This document shows positions 26,372 through 40,007 of a stretch of DNA of 64,000 nucleotides, in pieces. The stretch's first letter is position 1; every line of letters starts with the position of its first letter. The notes beneath the pieces are model-generated. The model ran no database searches, had not been told where the DNA came from, and saw nothing but the letters and a program-made list of their open reading frames with translations. This DNA is from Hydrolagus colliei (taxonomy: Eukaryota). A program made the translations under genes and the position numbers. The DNA is taken from contig CM068750.1 of NCBI GenBank assembly GCA_035084275.1, forward strand, positions 6,758,001 through 6,822,000. The letters are read 5' to 3'.

Positions 26372-26498
26372 AAGTTCTGACGAAGGATTGTGGACCCGAA
26401 ACTTTCTCCATAGATGCTGTCTGACCTGCTGAGTGTTCCCAGCGATTTCTGTTTTTGTTTCAGATTTCCAGCATCTGTGGTATTTTGCGTTTTTGTTA
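26372..26498 (+). mobile_element. Penelope-like terminus with a damaged hammerhead motif
   Basis: ctgacgaaggattgtggacccgaaac followed by a deletion of the cleavage-site/helix I' segment, then the same PLE tail. Confidence 0.7.
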
Positions 26499-26727
26499 AG
26501 ATTGTTATGTTGTGTTAAAGTCTGTTCCAGCTCAGTATTTTTTTAAAAAAAGTATTTATTCTGTACTGAAGTTTTTTTTTGTTTTTGAGTCATTCTGCCT
26601 GTTGTAGATTGTTACTTGTTTGAATAAATGAGAATACTGTAGTTTTAAGATAAATAAAATCTGTTGAGTAGTTTCTGAGCTCGCTCTGACTGGGTTCATA
26701 TCTTTGACAAAAATGAGAAGTAAAGTA

Positions 26728-27040
26728 TAATAATAATCCTTGCATTTGATATAGCGCTTTTCACATCTTATCGATGTCTCAAAGTGCTTCACAGAATATA
26801 CTTGAAAGTGAATTGATTGTATATTTGTGAGTGAAACATGGCAGCTAATTGCACACAAGTGTCCCACATACAGTCATAGATTGAAATGACCAATTTTTAT
26901 TATTGTGTTTTTTTTTGACGGATTATTATTAGGCATGTGGAGTAAGGAAACTTGCCCAAGGTTTCACCCTGACCTGCCTGGATTCGAACACAGGTCTCAA
27001 GCTTGTAAGGCGAGTCCTCTAACCACTGAGCTACAGGAGC
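26728..27040 (-). mobile_element. Full-length tRNA-SINE
   Basis: Complete head-body-tail in reverse. Confidence 0.9.
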
Positions 27041-28379
27041 ACCACATTACATATTACATAGTATCATGACTTTCAGCTTGCATCTCAAAGGAATGTGTAA
27101 TTCACGCAATTACAAAGAGATAAGAATACCATGACAAGGCTATTTAAATGGCTCACAACAATGTTTAATCTCGGAGACTTCAATGAACCTGACAGCAGCA
27201 ACAGTTTATATTTATAATAGCACCTTTCATGTTAGGAGGGTGTCACAAAGTACTTCATGAAACTGGCTGCGATGCTTCAACCAGATCTGTGCTGGTTGCA
27301 TACACTTGAATATGTAACGTCTGTTTGTATTCTATTCTGGTTTGAGGAATGAGGAACAAAATTTTGTACATACTGTATGCCTGATGGAACCTTTGATCCA
27401 CCCACACTCTTGTTTGTGCAATTAATCATGTATAATCCTGAAGATCATCAAAGATAAGAGATGTGTTTTGAGGAACAATGTGAATTGTTTACCAATTCAG
27501 CAAATCCTCCAAAACTAATCAACTGATTACATTTTCACAGAATAACTTAAAATGTTATTGTACGGAAACAGACCATTTGACCCAACTGGTATTTATATGG
27601 CACAAGATTCTCCACTCCTAATACCCTCTATTCATTTCTTCCGCATTTGATCAGGCCATAGATTTTGATCCATCAGCCATTTTTTCCATCAGCCAATTGC
27701 CTGTCACGTGTGGAAACCCAGCACCAGGCTTAAGAGTTCAGAAACTAAAATACCAAGAGTTCCATACATGTACAGTACCTGTTGATCTGGAATAACTGGA
27801 TTTGATGGCATTAAACATGCAAAGAAGCATTTCAATAATAAAGAAGGGAGGGAGTGTGTTACATCAAATGTTACAAACAAACATAAAGCATTTATCACTT
27901 ACAGCATGAATAATAAAAATGCTCATTTTTGATAGAATTCCCTTCATTTTGGGAGTGGGCATCTATAAATGGTCTGCAGGAATTACTGTAATGTGTAGTG
28001 ATTCTTGCATTTGATATAACACTTTTCTTCTAGACGTCTCAAAGTGCTGATTGACCTCATCTGAAGGACAGCATCTTCAACAATGCAACATATTCCCAGC
28101 ATTGCTTTGGTGCGTCAGTCTAGACTACATGCCTTCAAAGTCCCAATGCGGATGATTTGACTTCTGATTGGACAACGAGTGTGTTACCAACTGAGTCAGG
28201 CTGACAATAGATTCAACAAGAGAAATAGAAACTCTATAGAAAAGCTGCTCAGATGATATATGAGATAAAATTAGCCAAACAAAGTGACTGGTAGAGCAAG
28301 ACTTTCTTTAGAAATGTTAGTGGCAATAGAATAATGAATGGCTGATAAGAGTTAAAACAGACGAGTCACATAGAGGAAA

Positions 28380-28615
28380 TAATAATAATCCTTCCATTTG
28401 ATATAGCACTTTTCAGGTCTTCTAGACATCTCAAAGCGCTTCACAGACTATACTGTAAAGTGAATTGAGTGTATATATGTCGGCTAAATTCGGCACCCAA
28501 TTGCGCACAGCAGTGTCCCACAAACGGTCGTGAATTGAAATGACCAATTTATTATTGGGTTTTTTGGGTGCGGGGGATTATTGTCAGGCATGTGGAGTAA
28601 GGAAACTTGCCAAAG
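28380..28615 (-). mobile_element. tRNA-SINE lacking its head
   Basis: Tail and body match. Confidence 0.85.
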
Positions 28616-30503
28616 GACCTTGGCATTATTTGAAAAGATAAATTAATTTCTCTTGGTTTCAATGGCAAGCGTACCAAATAAATACTAGTTTGATTGCCTT
28701 ATCAAGCCTGTTTCTTCTAAAGAAGACACAAAATCTACCCAGTGAAGGATTTCAGTCGGTTTCATGGGGCAAACTTAAAAAACAATAGAGAAAAAAAGCA
28801 TAATATTTATCAATCACCATTTCTCCACTGCACAAACGTGGCTCTCTTTCTTATCACTTACAGGATGAATAAAGGAAACTTCTTCCTTCAGGTCTTCCCT
28901 CACTACAGTTCCAACAACATGGAGATCATTGTGTTCCAGTATAAATATTGTTCATGAAATGTTTTGGAGGAATATTTTGTGTCATGCTTAATACTGTGTT
29001 TGGCTGCATGGTTTGGCCATATGTTGGAAACATCAGAGATAATACTTTATTTTAAGGCGGTGCTATTCACAACTGCCAAAAGTGAAAAAAAATCTCCGTT
29101 CTACAAATCAACAGCTGACATCTGTGACAAATAAAACATTTGTTTTAAAGGCAGATAATAGTGCATGTTTTTGGAAACAGCTGGCTGGCAATGACTTATT
29201 TTCTGTCTAAACACAACCATTCCCCATGACTGTGTATTCAATGAATTAAAACAGCAGAGGTTCAATCTCTTTTGTTCACAGTGAAACTTAGCAATGGGAC
29301 AAACATTAATACAGTAATATACCTTGCATTTGATATAGCTCCTTATCACATCTCTAACAGCAGGACAAATAAACCCTACATAAACATTAGCTGAAGCTGG
29401 TGACATTCCAACCACCGCAGCCCAGCATTTAATATGCTCAATGCTCATTTTATGCTGTACTTTCCATGTTCAATCACCTTGAAATGAGATGTCTGGGAAA
29501 GTAAGATTGTATAAAATTCCAAATGGGACTCGGTATTCTTCATGGTTCTCTGCACTCCTCCTTTTTGCTTTTGATCCAGGATATTCAACCGAAAGAAAAA
29601 AAACAAATTAATATCATTCTGAATATGCTCAAGAGATGAATTGAATCATTTATTTGTGCTTTGCTGCATTTGCTATACAAATGTAATTTTCTTGTTGTTA
29701 CTGTTGTGGATGCCCAGTAGAAAAATAGGATCGGGGGAGGGAGCTTTTTCCATCCATTGTCAAATTTAAATTCTCTTTTACCACAACCCTTTGTATCTCT
29801 AGTGTCCAGTTGAGCATATTTTCTCAAAATATCCTGACATTACTGTATCATGCTAGTTTCTGATGCTCAGTGTGAGTTATTTTGATAACAACGAGAGCAA
29901 TATCCTGACTTGTGGTTCGCAGGACTCTTCTTCAACTTTAACTACACATTGTGCAAGAATATTGGTTGAGGTTCTGTTGCCAGCAATAAACTAAGATAAG
30001 GTAGTCCAATCAGTGAATTACCACATTTGGCCCTTGGGAGGATTGCATTCAGACGATGAACCATTTCAGGACTCAGTACCCACATTAACTATGCTTCTAC
30101 CCCACCTCTCCCTCCACCCATTGAACCGACTGCTCGTCATCAATGCCCCTGGCCCTCAATTGGTGTACCTAGTTGTCTGATTTTAGTAACTGTGACCACA
30201 CTTGTCCAATCTGTGCCTGGCGCCTTGTCCTCTTTGCCAGGCTACCAGGACCAGTTGAATCCAGGTGGGTCCTAACACCTGAACTGTACTCCATTGTAAT
30301 TCCATAGATTTCATATGCTGAGTTGCTATTTTGTGTTTTTATTTTATGACTTAAAAATTAACCTGATGCATATATTATTTCAATTCGAGATTATGATTTA
30401 GTTCATTGTTAGCGCTATTAAATGGTATATGTTTTAATCCATTTCATTATTTAATTCTTCCACCGTTTACTCTGGATTGAATGATTATGCTTGCATATAT
30501 ATA

Positions 30504-30688
30504 CAGTAAAAGCCTGTTTATCCATGACCCGATCAACTGTAACTTCCTTATAACCGGCACCTCAAAAAAAAGTCCGCATTCGATTAATCAGAATTTATCT
30601 GCAATTTTTTTTTCGGCCAAATATCCGGCACTCGCTTTAACCGGCATAGGCCAGGTCCCAAGGGTGCCGGATAAACGGACATTTACTA
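30504..30688. mobile_element. Tc1/mariner (Tigger/pogo-type) MITE
   Basis: Imperfect TIRs CAGTAAAAGCCTGTTTATCC / GGATAAACGGACATTTACTA, 5' TA flank, internal ACCGGCA repeats, 185 bp non-coding. Confidence 0.75.
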
Positions 30689-33600
30689 CATATGTATTTA
30701 CTGATAAAAGCGTATTATTGTTTTGAAATTTGTATGAAATTTAGATAGTGAAATGAAATAACAATTCAGTTATACGATTTTAAACAGAATTTTCTATACC
30801 ATTCTTATCAGTTATGTTTCTGAAGAGCAAAACATAAAAACATTGCTTGTGCAGCCCAGGGATGTTTCAATGCCTTGGGATATCCACCTTACATGAAAGG
30901 ATCTTTACAAATGTAATTTATTGTCATTTCTCAAATCCAGCATTCCAGCCTTCAGCTACCAAAAATGGACCTCTCTGATCCATTTGTAACCATCCAAAAT
31001 GATCTTCACATATTGGACACAATGACAGATCTACTGATAAATTGTGCTCAACTTCCAGTAAAACACGTCACATTATTCACAACATGATGCCTAGTCCAAG
31101 TTTCCGAAAGTTGCTTACCCATAAAGTGAAGTATTTTCCAGGATTAGTATCGCATTGCTCAGTAAATGATCAAGACTTATTTGGATTTAAAAATTACGTT
31201 ATCTCATCCCTTGAGATGACATTTTTAAAATAGTCTAATGCTATAATACAAATTCATTTATTTTCCCTGCGTTACAAAGATTTTTGAAAATTAATTTCAT
31301 ATTTGTAAAATTAACCAATTTCATTTTTTTATAAACAAAATGCTATTATATTTACCCTTTGTGAAACCTAAATATAGTCACTTCTTTGTGAGACGTTTAA
31401 GAATAATTATCTTGGCACCCTTATGGGTCAATGAAAATTTGAATCAGCTTAACTAAGTTTTTCCCAATCCTCCCAAAGGAAAATAAGATGTTTTTCTGGA
31501 GCATTGCCCTCAAAATGAATTGGCATTGAAATTTGCCTGATTGGGAAGGTTAGAAACCTTGGGTGTGGTTGCTTATATTGAGGGAAATCCAGCAAAACCT
31601 CAACCTTGACAAGCCGAGTGTTCTGACCACTGAGCTACAGGACTCCACAAACTACAGGACTCCACAATCCAAATCAATCTTGTCATTGTGATCTGGTGTT
31701 CATATTGTTGATTTCTTAAACTTCATTCACTCCTATAGGGCAGAAAAGGAAAGGACTGCTGCAGATTTAATATTTTCAGTGTGTCTGCTTCCATGTTTTG
31801 CTTTTAGTGTTTCAACTCGTACAAGTCTTTCAAAATCCATGGGCAGAGAGAGTCCACATGGACTCCAAGAACCATATATCAGGTTCAAAGATTAGGGCTG
31901 TATTTAAGAATTTGCGAAATTCTGGAGCTCTCAATGCTGCATAAATAGAGTACATCTAGACCTGGGTGGAATTTTTTCGAAACAGTGTGGTAAGAAATAC
32001 AAATCTTTCATGAACTGAACAATTGATAGAATAAGCAAAAGCAATTGAGTGTCATGAAATAGAATAGTTAACTATAAGATGGGTTATGTACAGATTTTCT
32101 AAAGAGAAATACATCTGAATGTATCACAATCAAATGTTTCAACAATCTCATTTAATATTTCAGAAAATCAACTGTGATTGAAATAATTGCATCTGATAAC
32201 ACTTCAGTTTGTATTTGGGATTGGTAGTGTTTATTTGGGAGCATGCTTCCATTTAACGCCTTTGTAAATGTATTTGCTTGTTTTCAGTCGACAGATGGAT
32301 TAAATGTAAATATTTTAGCATGTTGGTAGAAATAGGGAGTCCCCTCTTTACCTCCTTTGGGTGTTGTTGAGGGACAATGGTACATGATGAATTGAAAAAG
32401 TAAATAGAGCTAGTTTAAGTAATTTAGGAGAGTTGTTGATTACCATCAGGATTCAAGAAGATAATTAAGCTAAAATATTGACAAGGACTCCAGAGCTATT
32501 GAGGTAGTGGTTTTTGGTTAGATTTAAAATACACATCAAAAATATGTATCTGAGGAACTAAAAAAAACATCTTCAGTTGAAGGAAATGCACAAGATCTAG
32601 TGGTTTGGCTGTTGTTTCTGCTCAAATAACATTGTGTGTACAATGAGAGCACAAGATGTGAAAGAAGTTAAAAGTTCCAGAATGGGCTAGTCAACAAAAG
32701 AGTGGTTCGACCCAGTGATAATTGAATGTGAAAAAAAGCCAGTGAGAAGGAGACAAAGGACAGATGGTTAACTGCTGTGCAAACAGATTGATTTGAGCGA
32801 TGACAAGATAGCAATAAACATAACTGTAATTAAGACAGCCAGCTGATAACTTGTTTAGATGTGCACTGGACTCGGTTATAATTTACTCAAGTAATTTTCA
32901 TCATTAGGAACCTTAAACAATAGGAAGCAGACAGTACAGTAAATTTCTTTGTCTAAAAATGTAACACTGAAGAGACTCATATCTATAAAATCTATATTCC
33001 CATCATCACAGTATAAATATGTGTTCTTGTATGTTCAGTTTGCCTTGGTGAGCTCAGACTTCTATTTTAAAAACTTAAAACTAAAAACACTTGACTATTC
33101 TTTCGCTGCAAATCACTTTTTGACTTTTTTTAAAAAGTCTTACGAAGAATGCAATGTTGATTATGGAAATAATCCAAAACATTGTTTTATTTTTCCAAGA
33201 AACAGCCAGCATTATATTTCTCGTTTTAATGGGATGTGTGTAATTGTGTTCAGATTGCCCAAGTGATATCCACAGTAAATGCTTCGTATTCAGTTATTAG
33301 CTATTATGAAAGTTGATATACAGATGAAATTTTTTGTTGTTGTTGTTGTATTAACTCCGAAAATAAAATATAGGTCAAGGTAATTGTTCATCATATCATG
33401 AGGCAGATCTGATTATATTTACAGGCTCAATAAAAATGCCATGAGAATTTTAAAATTCATTTTGATTTAAACATTCTGTTTGTAAAATATCCTGAACATA
33501 AATACCAGAAGCCAGGATTGCTGACACAGTGGATTGTGCCCTGAGACACCACCCAGCGTGGAGGGTGCTATATAAATACAAGTTGTTGTTGGATTGATAA

Positions 33601-33959
33601 GAAAGTTCCCCGAGAATACTCCACGGAATAAAATTACAACCTGCCTGGAAAATCTGTGGAAGCCCTCAGGAGAAAGTAGGAATCAACTCATTGAGTTGTT
33701 GTGCTCATCATACCTACACAGATATGGTAACTGTACCATTAGGTGGGTAGGTTTGCTATCTTTAGTAATGGAAAAAAAAGGTTGTGCTACTTGGACAGAG
33801 CTAGGCTGTGGCATGGAGGCAACAATTAGTGGCAAGGTCGTCACTACTCAGCCACACTGGCTGAATTTTGTCTTATCCATCTTAGCTTAGCCACTAGTTG
33901 TTACTCCCATCATTGTTGCCCTCATCCTTCTTGAGCCCACTCAACCTTTCTTTATTCAT

Positions 33960-34160
33960 TTAGAACAAAAATACACAACACCAACAATAGCCATTAACAC
34001 CGCCATCACCACCACGAGTTCAACAACAAACAACACATACAACCGCAACAACAACAGATTAACACAAATAAACAAACACAAATGCAACAACAGCAACAAA
34101 AACAACAACCAAACACACACCGGTAACATTGTAACAACAAACAATAACATCAACTTGCAT
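33960..34160. repeat. Degenerate (AAC)n low-complexity tract
   Basis: About 200 bp of imperfect CAA/ACA repeats ending in 'aacttgcatt', the reverse L2-tail junction; probably an expanded retroposon tail. Confidence 0.75.
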
Positions 34161-34431
34161 TGTGCTTAAAATCCTCTCATTCTGGCAAGGATCTGTTTTT
34201 CACTTGTGCAGAATTATTTTCCCATTCTGTCGACAGGGGGCAATTTCACTCCATAAAACCAGTCTTTTATTTTGTTCCATTTTTCAACCACTTGTATCGC
34301 TGTGTACAGAAGCTGCCACACATCTTTTTGACTCAGAGTATATTTGCCCAGACTTATTCTGTAAGCGGCCAGTAGGGTGTGTGTTTGAGTAACACAATTG
34401 TTCTCTTTCATGAAGTGCACATCCACAACTT

Positions 34432-35140
34432 GGGAACATCAGAAATAGGAGCAGTTGTAGGCCATTCAGCCCTTCGAGTCTGCCCCGCCATTTAATAAGA
34501 TCATGGCTTATCTTCTAACCTAATTCCATTTACCCACCCTATCCCCATATTCTCTTAATCACTCTATCCTTTGGAAATCTATCAATCTCACTCTTGAGTC
34601 TTGAATGTACACTCTGGCTGTAGAGGCGGTATGGCTCCTCACTCCTGCCACTGCTCTCTGACAGAACTACTTGATTCATACTTTAACCCCCGAGCAGCAT
34701 AAGTGGCTAAGGCAGTAAATAATACAAAAATCATGGGGTTCTGTGGTTCAGTAGTTAGAGCACTCACCTTACAAGCGTGAAACCACTATTCGAATCCAGA
34801 CAGGGTGAAACCTTGAGCAAGTTTCCTTGCTCCACATGCCTAATACTAATCTCTCAAAAAAATACCTATAATAAATCGGTCATTGCAATCCACAACTGTT
34901 TGTGGGTCACTGCTGTGAGCAATTGGCTTCCGCGTTTCGCCTATAAATATGCAGTCAATTCACTGTACAGTATATTCTGTGAAGCATTTTGAGATGTCTA
35001 GAAGACATGAAAAGCGCTATATCAAATGCAAAGATTATTATTATTATCCACAGCCTTCTGGGGTAGAGGATTCTATAAATTCGCTACCATCTGAGTGAAG
35101 AAATGTTTCCTCAACTCTGTTTGAAAAGGCTGACCCTTAA
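34432..35140 (-). mobile_element. CR1-type LINE 3' end, split by insertions
   Basis: 'agaaataggagcagttgtaggccattcagcccttcgagtctgccccgccatttaataagatcatggct' is the reverse of the shark-type CR1 3' UTR; it continues at about 35046. Similar fragments at 1-80, 17140-17235 (+) and 37500-37800. Confidence 0.8.
34735..35047 (+). mobile_element. Full-length tRNA-SINE inside a CR1 fragment
   Basis: Head ggggttctgtggttcagtagttagagcac..., tail (ATT)n; CR1-type sequence resumes at about 35046. Confidence 0.88.
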
Positions 35141-36092
35141 CATATCCATCAACAAGACTGGAAATGTCAAATGAGAGATGTTAAAGTTATAAAGCAGACT
35201 TCTCCCACTCAATGGAAAATCCATGTGCCATCAACATTTAAACTAAAATGATCCAATTATATACTCTCAACAAGGGGAGGGAAACAAAAATCCTATTTAA
35301 TCTAAGAAAAGCAAACATCATTTACCGGTGAACTTTAAAATACGAATGGGAAATGAGAAAAAAAAATCCATTCTACTCATTTTACCAGTTCCTCTCTTCT
35401 CTCTTCTTGAAGTCACATTTTTTTACATCTTACAAGACTTTTTGTCTCCCTACATAGATGCTGGCAATTCTTTACTATACCTTAAGGCTTATGCCTTGTA
35501 TCACGAATATATTAGCATGCGTGTATCCAGGAATTTTTAAATAATTTTAAATCTCCCTTAACCTCCTTCAGAAGAAACATCTCCTTTAATCATTCTGTGC
35601 CTGATCAAAGTAATGCTCCTATTTGTTTTTCCGACACACTTGTTCCAGAATAGGTACATCCTTCTGAAATTAGAGTCCAAAGTTAACTAACGTGCTGTAT
35701 TGAACCACTTTATTGTGCTCAGCCTAGAATTTTATTCAGCTTCCTTTCCAATTCACATTGAAACAGCTTCAATCATCTGGTCAATTTTCAATTCCAACTT
35801 CTTTTGTAGGAGTTAATTTTCTCTCTCTCGCTCTCCACCATCACATTCTCTCCATAACCGTTTGTACAAAGCCACCTTAAAAAGCATTTATTGTCAAAAC
35901 GATGACCATTCCTTAGTCCATTGTCCAGCACCTAACCTTTCCAGATCTTCTCACAGACTTTGCACACAAAGTACACAATGAGCCTTCCACTCAATTTAAA
36001 TATCCTATAAATCTTTTTAACTGTATCTGGCAAACTACTAATCATGAATCTAATTGTCTCTGTTCACACAGTATATTATGATTGTGGACCTA

Positions 36093-37880
36093 AGGAAATT
36101 GGAATAAAATGATGCGAGTTTTATCACTCAGTTCTCCAGAATGAAAGTTATGACATTTGTATTTAATAATTTGGCCACAGAGAGGCAGAATTTCAGACCC
36201 TTGAAAGCTATGAAAGGGAGATCTGAAACTCCTTCTAGTCTTAGCCAGCAAGATACTTTTTGTTGAAATTAAGATTTTCAAGAACTGAGGAAATTATTAC
36301 ATTCAAACCTTATTTAGAAGATAGTTTTTAGCGGTTCTTAAAAAAAAGGTCTCCAAATTTAGGCTGAATTCAAGCAATTTTCACAATTCAGTACCTGTGA
36401 TTTGAAGTAAAAATTGCTTTATAAACTATCACTGTTTTTTCAGTCCTCTGAAGTCCAAATTTATTTAAATTCTCTTCTCTATATTATTTGGCTCTTCTGT
36501 AGAAAAGGAAATTAAAACATTAATTTGGTAGGTACGATTTCAATTTATAGCTGTATGTGAATATTGAAAAGGTAATGTGTTAAGCTGACACCACAACAAC
36601 AACCTCAAAATTACATTTGTAAAAACATCTTTCATGTCACGAGGACGTCCCAAAGTGCTGCACATTTAAGGATCAGAACCCGAGCGTGGTGGGAGGGGGC
36701 ATGTTCGGGATAAGGGAGGGCAGAGGGGGTAGGAGGGCTGCTCAAAAATGAGAGTCTTGAGTCATGCCTTGAAGGAGGCAAAGATGGGAGGAAGGAGAAG
36801 GGATTGTAGGATGGAGTTCCAAAGGATGGGGGTGGAGTGGCTAAAAGATAGGACGGGGTGGACGGGAGACACAAAGCATGCCAGAGTGTGCTGAACAGAG
36901 GAAGCAGACAGGTTGATAGGGGGTTAGCAAGTCAGAGAGGTAGGAAGGTCGAAGCGCTCTGAGACGCCATCCGGCATGGAGGGCGCCATATAAATCAAAG
37001 TTGCTGTTGTTGTTGTTGAGGTGGCAAGGCTGTGGAGGGCGTTGAAAGCGAGGATTTTGAATTCTACTCTCTGAGGGATGGGGAGCCAGTGTAGCCAGGA
37101 GAGGGTGAGGGTGATGGGGTCACAGAGCCTGTTGCAGGTTAAAGTAAATTCTATGAACATGACCAATCTGGACGATCTTTTAATTTGTATTTATTTCAAC
37201 CAATGCCAGTTATTTTTGTGATTTGAAAAAAAAGTTAATCATGATGATACTATCTGATACTAGGAGTCGAGCCAATTGCAGTTCTTTCTGATTGTTATAA
37301 GTTCAATTTTTTTTAATTCAGTGACAGCAGTCGAGTTTTATTAATGTTTAGCTTTATTCACATGGGAAAGGGGAGGTAGAAAATAATGTTTTCTAAGAAA
37401 TAACAGCTGGAAACTATTGTTGTGATAATCTATATTATCTACAATGTGAAACTAAAGTACAGTACTTTGATTTCTTAACAGAGAAAGCGAATTTAGGAAT
37501 GGATATTTTAAACATAGAATATCTTTCCCACCTCAACATCAGTAATGTGTTAAAAACCTACCCAAAAAGGATCGACTTCATGTAAGCGGTTTCGTGCCCT
37601 TCAACCCATCCGATCTCATCCCTCCACGATACTAACTCTATCATCCTTGCACCATGACGAACAATAACAGTGTCCTGGCCTCAACTAGCTTTCCTGTCAG
37701 CCAGTTGCATCCATAAATTTCCCTTTTGTAAAAAAAAACTTCCTGAAATTTCCCTTTGCAACTCTATGAACCTATTTATTTCAACCTTATTCTATGATGC
37801 AAATTATTAAATACAAATGTCATAACTTTCATTCTGGAGAACTGAGTGATAAAACTCGCATCATTTTATTCCAATTTCCT
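36093..37880. repeat. Perfect 81-bp inverted repeat (36093-36173 / 37800-37880), 1626-bp spacer
   Basis: aggaaattggaataaaatgatgcgag...atttaataatttg is the exact reverse complement of 37800-37880. TAA flanks both ends when the arms are taken as 36094-36173 and 37800-37879. Confidence 0.95.
36595..37140 (-). mobile_element. L2 3' fragment with a nested second-family L2 tail (36950-37018, +)
   Basis: LHWLPIPQRVEFKIL; the insert is flanked by AGGT on both sides. Confidence 0.85.
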
Positions 37881-38599
37881 AAAGGGTTCCAGCCATCACT
37901 TCCAACAACTTAAGACTGTGTTAAGGGCATTGGGTTTTGGCTTCCACTGAACTGGCTGATTCAGAATGTTATCAGTACCAACCGAACCAGGCTGACATTT
38001 GAATGTCAGCACTGACTTGAACCATTTGTCTCTTACTGGTACCTACCACCTCCGCTGTGACCCGAACTTGATTTAGCATCAGAAGGTTGAATGAGTCAAA
38101 TCCCCCAAATGTAAATAATGAGGGGCAAAGATTAGCAGATACAGTAGAGTATCCAGTTAACACAAGCTGGAAAGTGCCATCCGGGGAAATACCAGGAAAG
38201 CATAATTCCAGAAGTAGATCGTAAATAGAGCAAAATTCCCAAAGGTCAACGGAATGCTTCCAAGGCGTGGGGAGAATCCTGCCGACATGAAAGGCGCCAC
38301 ATAAATGTAATTTATTATGGTAATAAAATACTAACGGTGACCATCCACGCAACTTTGACTCCTTACCAAAGCGTCCCATGTAATGAAATACCGCAAATTG
38401 GACCCAAGGTTAATTTCGCAAGCCAAAATTCCAGTGGTTTGACACTTGAGAGTTTGCTTTATAAAGCAGATAACATATTTTGATGTTTATTTATATATAT
38501 ATTTTTAAATTCAAGAATTTCCAATTCATGTCGGAAAAGAAACATGTTCTTGGAGCCCACCCCACCCCTCGTGGTCAAATGTGTAGCATTTAATCGGAA

Positions 38600-39100
38600 A
38601 CGCTCTCTTCGTCGCTTCCTCCCCTATAAACTCCCTCCCTCCCTCCCTTCTCCCTTCCCCCACCCATCTACCTACCTACCTAACCCACCCAATGTGGTTT
38701 ATCCAATCACAAGCTGAAGCGGTGGGAAAACCCCGATAGAGATATTTGCGAGAGTGAGAGTGAGTGAGTGTGAGTGAGTGAGAGGGGGCGGGTGGGGGAA
38801 TAAAGGGAAATCGATGAGTTGACAGATTGTGGTTGAACTTCCAGATGAAGTGACTGGAAGCTTTGAGATGTGAAACGAGAAGCTGGGGAAGGGAAACATC
38901 CTCTGTGTCGGCGCTAGGTTGAGTGACTCACTGGCTGACTGACCGCAGTGTGTCTGTACTGCACTGAGTTCCCACAGCTCTCAGTCCTGTTACTACCATC
39001 GGCTGTTGGCGAGAGTGTGAGAGGGAGCGGGTACCTCTGGAGTTGACTGGAGCAGTAAAGAGGGGCAGGTCAACCCAGGTCAACGTGGAAGGAAATCGAT
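38600..39100 (+). promoter_or_regulatory. Putative PTGER2 promoter/5' regulatory region
   Basis: CCAAT at about 38689 and 38703, NF-kB-type GGGGTTTTCC on the - strand (38725-38734) overlapping GTGGGAA, GC box 38785-38792, AP-1 TGACTCA 38924-38930, DR4 AGGTCAacccAGGTCA 39067-39082. CpG-enriched relative to flanks. Confidence 0.5.
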
Positions 39101-39458
39101 TTGTCAGCCTGAAGCGACGTCGAGGGGGGGGGGAGAGAGGAAGGGAGAGTTGATCCTGCGTTAGCAAGCTCTCCACCAACACCAAATGTTGCTCAAGTAA
39201 CTTCGAGTTCACTCACTCTGACTGTCTCTTCAAACCACATCGCACGTTCCCAGTGTCTCGATTCCCATCACATTGTTTGACTTGGAGAGGAGGAGGAGGA
39301 GGAGAAGTGGTGGGGGAGGTTGGTCGTTTGGATTATTTTGGATTTCTCTCTGGGAGAGAAAGGCAGAGAAGAAAGGACAAGGAATTTTAAGAGGCAATCG
39401 ACTGTATTTTACTCGTTTTCGTGTTTTATTATATATAGATACACATCTATATACATTT

Positions 39459-39459
<1 letters not shown>

Positions 39460-39505
<46 letters not shown>

Positions 39506-39935
39506 GTGTATATATATATATATATATATATAGTGTGTATAAATATATATGGAAGAGTTTGTATGTTGTTGAGAGGAGAGAGAGTGTGTTTGGTACAGTT
39601 TGTGTCGGCGCGTTTGTATTTCAATTCTTTTCATCTATATTTTTCGTATTGCTGAATTGTTATACACAGTATATTATATATAGAAAGGGAGGTTTTTTCA
39701 GATACATATATATGTTGAAAGAAAGATTTTTTGCAACATAAAAGGACGAAAACAACCCTTCCTCCTCTCCCCCACCCACCCACCCCTACACACACAAAAG
39801 ACAAGGGGATGAAATGAAAAAGGATGAGGTTGTGACATCTGGGATTTGCGATTGTTGATTGAAAGAGATAGAGAAACAGAGAGAGGGAGAGAGAGAGAGA
39901 GAGAGAGAGAAAGAAAGAAAGAAAGAAAGAAAGAC
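39460..39935 (+). repeat. Compound microsatellites (CT)n(TA)n and (GA)n(GAAA)n 5' of the PTGER2 ATG
   Basis: Directly visible at 39462-39550 and 39865-39935. Confidence 0.9.
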
Positions 39936-40007
39936 TCAATTTGTGTTAGTTGTGTTGTGTTATTGGTGTGTTACTGTGTGGCTGGGTGTGAGGAGAGTGA
40001 ATGAGCC

